Source: Pseudomonadota bacterium (GTDB lineage Bacteria; Desulfobacterota; Desulfobacteria; Desulfobacterales; Desulfolunaceae). Taken from it: a stretch of 64,000 nt of DNA. The stretch lies in contig JAHIRD010000141.1 of the NCBI GenBank assembly GCA_018818835.1, forward strand, positions 4,608-68,607. Reading direction: 5' to 3'. Of this stretch, positions 7,994-14,870 are shown piece after piece. Position 1 is the first letter of the stretch, and the number at the start of each line of letters is the position of its first letter. Position numbers and translations under genes: made by a program. The notes beneath the pieces are model-generated. The model worked only from the letters and a program-made list of their open reading frames with translations. It was not told the origin of the DNA and did no database searches.

Positions 7994-9100
7994 TTACAAT
8001 TCGTAGGCAAAAGGGACTCTAACCTGAAGGGAAAAATCAGAGTCATTATTGGTCAAACCGATTCCCAGCCGGACATTCACAGAACGTTTCGGTGTAATGT
8101 TCCAGCCTGTTCCTATGCTGAAAACCGAGGAAATAGATCCTTCGGAACGTGTTTCCCGTGGCCCTTCCGGTCTGACCCAGTCATAGGATGTTTTGGACTG
8201 GTATGAATACTGATAGCTCAAGGTCAGGGATGCTTTATAGGACAGGGAATAGCCGATACCCATGGAAAAGGAATAAACTTCTCCAGGCTTGACACCGGCG
8301 AGGAATATTCCGGCTTCACCTTGAGTCCCGGTTTTGGAATTCAAATGGGTGGTTTCAATCCCATGCTCCACATTTATACCACCAAAAGCAACCAGGGGGT
8401 CGATGGATTTGCTGACATTGCAGCCCATGCCGATGGAATAGGTTCCGTTGCCCGTCGACATTTCTTTGGTGCTGTCAATTTTATAGGGGCTTCTTCCTGT
8501 TGGGCATGTTAATGACCCCGAGACAATTATTGATGGCAGGTCCTTACCGCTTTTCACGGGTTGGAATTGGAGACCGAACGACGTATCTCCAAAATCTGAA
8601 ACATTCTTTGCTGACGTATTGGTCTGGCTGTTGTATTTGTAAACAAAGGGGATATTGCTGTTTACTGTCAGGTTTTCTTTGACAGGATACTCGATGAGAA
8701 ATGAATTGGTCACCGTGTGGTATGCGTTGTGTTTCACGGCCACAATACTATCTGCATTGGCGGTGACGTTATCATAAGAATCACCGGCATAGCGAATGCT
8801 GTATTCAAAACCCAGTTTCCCAGGCTTCATGAGGGTATAATCACGGCCTGCGGCTGAAAGAATCGCGTCATCTTCAGAACTTTTTTCTTCCTGGGTGGTT
8901 TCAAGACGCCGCCTAATATCATTTTCTTCTTCCATTTTCGTGAGCTTGTCTTCAAGTCGTTTGATCTGCTCCTTGAATTGCTCCATATCGCTTGAAGGCT
9001 GCGCCTGCACGTTCACCACAGGGGGGGCTTCGGCATAAACCGCAGAGGTGAGAGTTATCATGGCTAAAATGATCAGTAGTTTTGTAAAATGTTTTATCAC
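7994..9100 (-). CDS. Outer-membrane beta-barrel with an N-terminal coiled coil (FapF-like architecture)
   Basis: GTG at 9100 follows GGAGG at 8-nt spacing and gives the signal peptide IKHFTKLLIILAMITLTSAVYA. Alternative starts are 9127 and 9139. A heptad-rich segment MEQFKEQIKRLEDKLTKMEEENDIRRRLETTQEEK is followed by about 270 aa of amphipathic strands ending ...QVRVPFAYEL. Confidence 0.6.
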   Translation of the reverse strand: MIKHFTKLLIILAMITLTSAVYAEAPPVVNVQAQPSSDMEQFKEQIKRLEDKLTKMEEENDIRRRLETTQEEKSSEDDAILSAAGRDYTLMKPGKLGFEYSIRYAGDSYDNVTANADSIVAVKHNAYHTVTNSFLIEYPVKENLTVNSNIPFVYKYNSQTNTSAKNVSDFGDTSFGLQFQPVKSGKDLPSIIVSGSLTCPTGRSPYKIDSTKEMSTGNGTYSIGMGCNVSKSIDPLVAFGGINVEHGIETTHLNSKTGTQGEAGIFLAGVKPGEVYSFSMGIGYSLSYKASLTLSYQYSYQSKTSYDWVRPEGPRETRSEGSISSVFSIGTGWNITPKRSVNVRLGIGLTNNDSDFSLQVRVPFAYEL

Positions 9101-9147
9101 CTGGTTTCCCTCCGGACTCGGAACCATCTGGTCAGACAAAAATGGTT

Positions 9148-9912
9148 CTATTGTTTATACCGGTTAGTCTTTGTGTCTGTCGTAGTTCCATTATTATGAA
9201 AATCAGCTTCCCATTCCTGGGGAAGGTCAAATGGTCTGTCTACATCGAACATCAGAGTTTTTTCCATATCCTTATCTATAAACCGGAGATCCTGTTCTTT
9301 GAGGCTTAGGCAGGACAGGGCGTTCCCGTATTTCGGGTAGATTCTGAAAAGGATATTGTTATACCACATGCCCATAAACTGGTCCACCGGGTAACTCCCG
9401 TTTCCCCGCCAGGGATCGGCTACGAACACATGGCCTTTGTGAATGGCTTTCAAGACCACAAAATGACGGTAGCCGAACAGCTCTATGGGAACAATGCATG
9501 GCCAGAGTTCAGGATTTTTCAGGTCGGAAAGCTCCGCGTTGTAGCCACCGGCCTTGTACCCCAGAACATCCACGAACTTCTGCATGTCCCAGAGGGAAAA
9601 AGCTCTGAGTTTTTTAATTTGTTCTTTGTCCCCATACTCTAGAAGACCCTTGATAATTTGTTTTTCAGTAAAATTTTCTCCCAGGTAGTTGTTGAGGATG
9701 GTCCCTAAAGCCGCTGATCCGCAGCTGTAATCGTAATTTTGCTTCATCAGGCAGGCCTGGGAACTTTCGGAGAGAGGGATGACTTCAGGGTAGATGCGCA
9801 AGGCTTCATTAGTCCCCATGGCAATATTCAATTCACCTTTGGGGGATGAATGGAAGGGATGAAATCCTGAGATCAGTCCAGCAAAAATGATAAATGCAAA
9901 AACCACATGCAT
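9148..9912 (-). CDS. Secreted C39-family (bacteriocin-processing type) cysteine peptidase domain protein
   Basis: ATG at 9912 with an N-terminal hydrophobic signal. Q-x5-C motif in KQNYDYSCGSAALGTIL, His in YRHFVVLKAI, and Asp in HVFVADPW. This is the complete C39 Gln/Cys/His/Asp arrangement. Confidence 0.8.
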   Translation of the reverse strand: MHVVFAFIIFAGLISGFHPFHSSPKGELNIAMGTNEALRIYPEVIPLSESSQACLMKQNYDYSCGSAALGTILNNYLGENFTEKQIIKGLLEYGDKEQIKKLRAFSLWDMQKFVDVLGYKAGGYNAELSDLKNPELWPCIVPIELFGYRHFVVLKAIHKGHVFVADPWRGNGSYPVDQFMGMWYNNILFRIYPKYGNALSCLSLKEQDLRFIDKDMEKTLMFDVDRPFDLPQEWEADFHNNGTTTDTKTNRYKQ

Positions 9913-10041
9913 ATTATAACCCTCTATCCATCGCGCAGGAGAAATTTCCTGCCCACTGTTCCCAAAGTATTGAAACAGTACATATCAAAAAATATCGGAA
10001 AAGGCACTGTATTATTGCTGTGATATCCAGGTTCACGGCGG

Positions 10042-10746
10042 TCATGGAGAATCCCACCACGTTCCAATTGAACCCGATTTAATCTCAGTCTCATCATACC
10101 CTGCAACGACCTTGAGGCCGGGCGTTGATCCACTCTGGCCCAGGTCTAATATAAAAAAAAGACCCATGTTACTGGTTGGGCTTCCATCGGAATTGAAATT
10201 AAATGTGGTCTGCCCCAGGTTGGCTTTATCATATACGGTCGGGCTTCCACCACTTAAGGCGATGGCAGGATTGTATGTGCCGGAGTAGCTGAGCATGTTG
10301 GCGCTGATCGTCCCCTGGAGCCGATTGGATCCTATGACGATGCGTTCGAGAACAGGATTTGTGGCAGAGGTGTCATCAAAGTCGGCAATAAAGACCAAAC
10401 CGTCAATGGTCAGGGGGGTATCCGTAGATGTATCCCCCAAAATCACATTGTTCCATTGAATATCATAGTTTGCTGCTGCTCCGCTCCTTAAGCTGTCGAT
10501 GGTCGCGTAGGTTTCCATATGAATATCCAGAAAAAGTCGGGCCGTACTGTTGCTCATGGTGAAATTGGTTAAACCGGCCTGGCCGGTCGATGATTTGAGC
10601 GCGTTTTCGTCCATGGCTTTGAGCTCGGCATGGAGCGACGATGGTAAGAATATAAAACAGAAAATAACAAGCACCATTAACTGGTAAACCAGTTTATCTC
10701 TGAACAAAAGTCCATCGAATCGGTGTATGAAAATTACTCTGTTCAT
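10042..10746 (-). CDS. Secreted protein (234 aa) with an N-terminal TGQAG box; paralog family member b
   Basis: ATG at 10746. Signal LMVLVIFCFIFLPSSLHA, then ELKAMDENALKSSTGQAGLTNF. Ser/Thr/Gly/Asn-rich and beta-rich, with no Cys after the signal peptide. Confidence 0.7.
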   Translation of the reverse strand: MNRVIFIHRFDGLLFRDKLVYQLMVLVIFCFIFLPSSLHAELKAMDENALKSSTGQAGLTNFTMSNSTARLFLDIHMETYATIDSLRSGAAANYDIQWNNVILGDTSTDTPLTIDGLVFIADFDDTSATNPVLERIVIGSNRLQGTISANMLSYSGTYNPAIALSGGSPTVYDKANLGQTTFNFNSDGSPTSNMGLFFILDLGQSGSTPGLKVVAGYDETEIKSGSIGTWWDSP

Positions 10747-10792
10747 TATGCTGTATTCCTGCCTTACCCTATTTATTCGTTATGATAACGGC

Positions 10793-11599
10793 TTAAGGAT
10801 TTCCTAACCCACGGCCGGGGATCTCTATGTAAAGTTTTTGAACATTCATGCCGTCAATTGCAAATAGACCCAAGTCTGTCGTGCCTGAGTCAGGAGCATT
10901 GACCTGTATATTATCGATATGGAAGGAACCCGACATGGGCATGTTCAAGCTGATATGTGCATTAGATTCAGCTGAAATATCGATGGTTGCAGGCTTGTTA
11001 TTCGTAAGATCACCCACTTGAATATCAAAGGTGATACCGGAAAAGTTCAACGCGTCTGTCGTGTTGTACTTATAAGAGAGAGTGTCTATTGTGATTTTGT
11101 GGCCTAGTTCGTAGTCGATACCCATACTGCCGACATGGGGCCCAATGAACAGGTGAAAAGATGACAGGACCATGGATTCAGCGGTTAGAGAACCGATATT
11201 TGTTCCGGAAAAATCGATGGCGTCAATGGTCATATCCGTGGATATTGAAATATCAGGACTTTGGCTAAAAAACATGATTTGATCATTGTAAGTGCCCACA
11301 TCAATGCTCAAATGGTTGATTTTGCCGTCATCGTCCATGTCAGATGAACCTGTGTTTGTGTGGGTAAGAATATGGATGTCGTTGAAGCTTATATATTCAG
11401 TTTCATCATCGGGATTGTAAAAGGTCATGTTGTCACTGTGGACTTCTGTGATCATGTCACCAATGGCGATATCAATACCGGCCTGGGCCATGGTTTTTTT
11501 CATCTGTTGGTTGGACAGTGCTTCAAGGCAGCATCCGGTGTCCGGGATGATGCTTATGATGCTCAACACGATGAATAAGTATGTTAAGGCCTGGGTCAC
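10793..11599 (-). CDS. Secreted protein (268 aa) with an N-terminal MAQAG box; paralog family member c
   Basis: GTG at 11599 after AAGGA. Hydrophobic N-terminus LTYLFIVLSIISII, then LEALSNQQMKKTMAQAGIDIAIGD. Asp/Ser/Thr/Ile-rich. Confidence 0.65.
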   Translation of the reverse strand: MTQALTYLFIVLSIISIIPDTGCCLEALSNQQMKKTMAQAGIDIAIGDMITEVHSDNMTFYNPDDETEYISFNDIHILTHTNTGSSDMDDDGKINHLSIDVGTYNDQIMFFSQSPDISISTDMTIDAIDFSGTNIGSLTAESMVLSSFHLFIGPHVGSMGIDYELGHKITIDTLSYKYNTTDALNFSGITFDIQVGDLTNNKPATIDISAESNAHISLNMPMSGSFHIDNIQVNAPDSGTTDLGLFAIDGMNVQKLYIEIPGRGLGNP

Positions 11600-11641
11600 A
11601 GAGTTGTCCTTTAAAACATAATGTTTTGTATGTCACTCCAA

Positions 11642-11708
11642 GGCAACCCGACCATCCGGTGGGCACCGGACTCGAAGCTTTCCGTCCCCGGATTGCTCCG
11701 GGTTTGGC
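11642..11708 (-). promoter_or_regulatory. GEMM-I-like riboswitch aptamer in the leader of the 10793..11599 operon
   Basis: Minus sense: GCCAAACCCGGAGCAAUCCGGGGACGGAAAGCUUCGAGUCCGGUGCCCACCGGAUGGUCGGGUUGCC. Stem 1 is CCCGGA/UCCGGG with a GCAA loop (compensatory changes relative to the other copies). It ends 42 nt upstream of the start codon. Confidence 0.8.
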
Positions 11709-11732
11709 GTTTCTTGAAACATTTGATCCTAT

Positions 11733-11776
11733 GAAAAAGCCCCTTCCGGGAAACATCTATGTTCAGGGAAGGGGCT
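11733..11776 (-). terminator. Rho-independent terminator after the 276-aa gene
   Basis: Minus sense: AGCCCCTTCC-loop-GGAAGGGGCT (10-bp stem) followed by TTTTTCAT. It starts about 35 nt downstream of the stop at 11812. Confidence 0.65.
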
Positions 11777-11811
11777 CCACGTAAATCACTTATGAGGATT
11801 GTGCTAATTCA

Positions 11812-12642
11812 TTAGTGAGCAGCGATTTCAACAATTCCACCAAGGATAGCCATTGCGCTCTGGCCTTTGGAAATTTTGATGAAGTTTGCATTATTGTTGA
11901 TACCGGTTCCTGCAACACCAACTGAATATTCATCAGCTGTGGTGGAGATAAGAAGGGTCGGAAGACCAATCACAACACCAGTGACAGCCTGAGTGGTACC
12001 AATCGCAGTTGCTGTAGGATCAGCTGCAAGAGTAGCAACACCGGAACCTAAAAGAACGCCGGCTTCAGAGATGTCACGAACATCAGTATCTGCAGAAATA
12101 GTAGCAAGTGCAGTTGCTTTTGCAGTACCGAGAGCAATAAGGTTGGCCATAGAAGGATCGCCAGCATAGGTAGCAGCTGCTGTGGCAACAAGACCTGATT
12201 GAGTCAATACGGTAGTCAGGAGTGCACCGGCATCAGCATTAATGATGGCATTATTGGCATTAACTCCAGCTGCAAGGATTGAACAAGCTCCTACGTCAAT
12301 GTTAAGAGCAGCAGCTTCAACCCAAGTACCCTTGTTGACAACACCAGCTGCAGCAAGGAAGTCAGCTTCGTAATCAGTCTGTGAAGTCATGGCTAGGTAT
12401 TCTTTCACAACGTGTTTGTCACTGATAACGATTGAGCCTTCAACACCGTTTGTTCCGTCTTCATCCGTATAAGTGGTTGAACCTGTGAATTGTTCGATCA
12501 CAACGTTATCCAAAGTGATGCTCACACCAGCCTGACCAGTGGCGGATTTCATGTTGGCGTCAGTCATTGAAGTCAAAGCAAAGACTGAAGGAGCGATTGC
12601 GAGAGATGCACCAAGAACTAAACTCATAGCTAATTTTTTCAT
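11812..12642 (-). CDS. Secreted Ala/Gly/Thr/Val-rich protein (276 aa) with an N-terminal TGQAG box; paralog family member d
   Basis: ATG at 12642 with a GGAGAAGAAA RBS (the track start 12654 is a TTG). Signal MKKLAMSLVLGASLAIAPSVFA, then LTSMTDANMKSATGQAGVSITLDN. The rest is low-complexity A/G/T/V sequence. It has its own terminator and its own riboswitch-like leader. Confidence 0.75.
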   Translation of the reverse strand: MKKLAMSLVLGASLAIAPSVFALTSMTDANMKSATGQAGVSITLDNVVIEQFTGSTTYTDEDGTNGVEGSIVISDKHVVKEYLAMTSQTDYEADFLAAAGVVNKGTWVEAAALNIDVGACSILAAGVNANNAIINADAGALLTTVLTQSGLVATAAATYAGDPSMANLIALGTAKATALATISADTDVRDISEAGVLLGSGVATLAADPTATAIGTTQAVTGVVIGLPTLLISTTADEYSVGVAGTGINNNANFIKISKGQSAMAILGGIVEIAAH

Positions 12643-12686
12643 TTTCTTCTCCAAAGTAAAATTAAAAATTAATTTAATTTACCAGA

Positions 12687-12762
12687 GGCAACCCGACCAT
12701 CCCCATCGCAAGCATGATGCGGACTCGTTGGCTTTCCGTCCCTGGATTACTCCAGGTTTGGT
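12687..12762 (-). promoter_or_regulatory. GEMM-I-like riboswitch aptamer, variant with A at the selectivity position
   Basis: Minus sense: AUACCAAACCUGGAGUAAUCCAGGGACGGAAAGCCAACGAGUCC...GGAUGGUCGGGUUGCC. Stem 1 is CCUGGA/UCCAGG with a GUAA loop. The base two nt 5' of CAAACC is A here; it is G in the other six copies. Confidence 0.75.
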
Positions 12763-13765
12763 ATTTTCTTTGGCGGTTTTGCTTGCGCACCCTTGCGCAA
12801 GACAAATTGATTTGTAAAAACGATTTACCATTAAACAGATTCGTTTAACGTTCTTAAGAATTAGCCTCCTTTCCATATAAAAAGAAATGTCCCCACATTC
12901 CAGTTAATATTCATATCCCTAATGAGTCTTTTTAAAGATCTTAAGGGACACGCGACGACCTAACTAAAGCCGCCGGAAACAACATGTATGTAAATTTTAG
13001 AAAGAGCTGATTTATGCCTACCTCGTAAACCGGTTGGCTGTGCGGCCCATGTGTTCTCGTGTGTGGGCCTTGTCTTCGCATTCAATCATCGGATGAACCA
13101 TTCAAAAATTGAAAGACCGTAACAATGTTTTATAAAACGTACGAAGATAATCCTTATGTACGAAAGTAGTAGGGTCGAATGATGATTGTATATCCGCTGC
13201 CCTTTTGCTTTGTCAATTAAAAATTTTCGATTTTCTTAAAAATTAAATTGTACGAGTATAAAAAAAAGTACTTGAAACGATTGACAATAGTCATTGTGAA
13301 CGCTGTTCATCAGTTGTGCCAAATGTACTAAATAGGTCCATTCGGTTGTACAGCTGTTAAAATATCGAAATTTCAGGCATTTGAATTATAGCCCCGAAAA
13401 ATGATTTCGCGAAATCCTGCGAAAATATGGGCTTTTACCGAACAATGTTCATGTACTGGAATGGGATTTTGAGGAAAAAATATGATTTCTATTGAGTTTT
13501 TAAGGAACTTGCGCGTTTGGTAAGGTACCTTTTTGATAAATCGGGGGTCACCATGGGCGTTTGTCAGGTGAAAGTAATTCAATTATCCGATTTTAAAGGT
13601 ATTTTAACTGAATATATGTAAAAAAGTTCTTAGCTTTATTAAGTATTTTACCCAAGGAGAGAAACATAGTTTCAATAAATGGACATAGATCTTAATGACG
13701 ATCATGATACTCAGACCCTATGTTTTTAAGGGCTCGCAGGCGTTTAATTGAAGGATGGCATGGGA

Positions 13766-13781
13766 TGGCACGTATGTTGCT
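13766..13781 (+). promoter_or_regulatory. Sigma-54 (-24/-12) promoter, orphan
   Basis: TGGCACGTATGTTGCT is an exact match to the TGGCACG-N4-TTGCW consensus. There is no plus-strand ORF of 60 aa or more downstream before 19959. Confidence 0.5.
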
Positions 13782-14354
13782 ATTTTATCCATTATTATTC
13801 GAGGGGTCGGATAATACAAAAGATCATGTCATAGGATGTGGCAAAGAAAAGCACATTGGAAATTTTAAAGGCATCATAGGTCTCTTGGGTTTAAGCCGCT
13901 GAGACCGCATTATCGGGAAAGGTTATCCTTATTGGATTCCCGTTACACACATAAAGCCTGGTATACGCGTGTTGAACGGTAATCTGGGGAATGATTGTGA
14001 CATCCTGTAATGAATGGTTCTTCATTTGGCTTAAGCAAGGGGTACCCTTACATGCCCCAACGACGCTTATCTACGCGTCGTAGATCATACTTATTTTTCG
14101 CAAGTGTTTAACCAGAAGCCTTTCCGCGACGACTTCAAGGAATTTCTGCGATTTTTTTCAGCCTATTTGGCCATTTTATTCATCAGTGGCTCAGGGTTTT
14201 CTCTGTTTTAAATTTCCAAATTATACACTATAAAAAATTAGCCATGTGGTTTTCCCAAAGAGAGTCCTATATATAAGGTGCAAAATCTTATGATTTTCTC
14301 ACAGAGGTACAAAAATTCGGAGAACAACTCAGGGACAGGCCAATAATACACTCA

Positions 14355-14659
14355 CCACCCGGTCGCATAGCTCACTGAAAAACACAGCGTGGCAAAGCCA
14401 CACCCAAAAGCCTCGTCTCTCACGGTGGCACAAAGATTACGGAGAAGTGCCAAAAGCTGATTGCGATGTAAAAAGCCCCATATACAGCGTTATCGTGTTT
14501 AGCTGGGCTTAAATATACGACCAAGTATGCCTTCACGCCCGGCTAAACACTATGCCTTGCCTATGGACCTTGTTTCATAGCCATCCATCGACTTTTTATG
14601 AGTTCATCAAAGCTTGTGAATAATAGTTTTTTCTTTGTGATCTTTGTGCCTCTGTGGGA
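14355..14659. repeat. Composite MITE-like repeat: a family-A hairpin element with a family-B element nested in its loop
   Basis: Family A arms are tctcacggtggcacaaagattac (14417-14440) and gtgatctttgtgcctctgtggga (14637-14659), which are inverted. The interior 14465-14613 matches the family-B element at 58016-58175 (cgtgtttagctggg...cccggctaaacac hairpin, then ...ccatccatcg...gagttcatcaaagc). Confidence 0.7.
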
Positions 14660-14870
14660 AAAATTTGTGCACATCCCCCAACAGTTAAAACATACTTGCG
14701 CTCAATTTCTATCCTATGGACGCACAGATTAAACCTGTTTGGCAACCTTTTTAAAAGGTTGGCCCCCGGCAGGGGACTCATTTTGCCCTTCTTCGTGTTC
14801 TTCAGCGAACCACTAAGAGTGGGTGGTAGAAAAACAGATTTTGAGAAGTATGAAGAAAAAAATCCCTTCA

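Noticed and set aside
12765-12800. ttgcgcacccttgcgcaag, a palindrome-like sequence upstream of the 12687-12762 aptamer, considered as a promoter or sigma-54 site.
   Set aside because: Neither strand gives GG-N10-GC spacing or acceptable -35/-10 hexamers. I could not define the promoters that feed any of the three riboswitch leaders.
13373-13902. Short ORFs 13373..13582 (-) and 13720..13902 (+) in the AT-rich gap.
   Set aside because: They have no RBS, no family resemblance and AT-rich low-information sequence. The plus-strand ORF starts upstream of, and runs through, the sigma-54 box.
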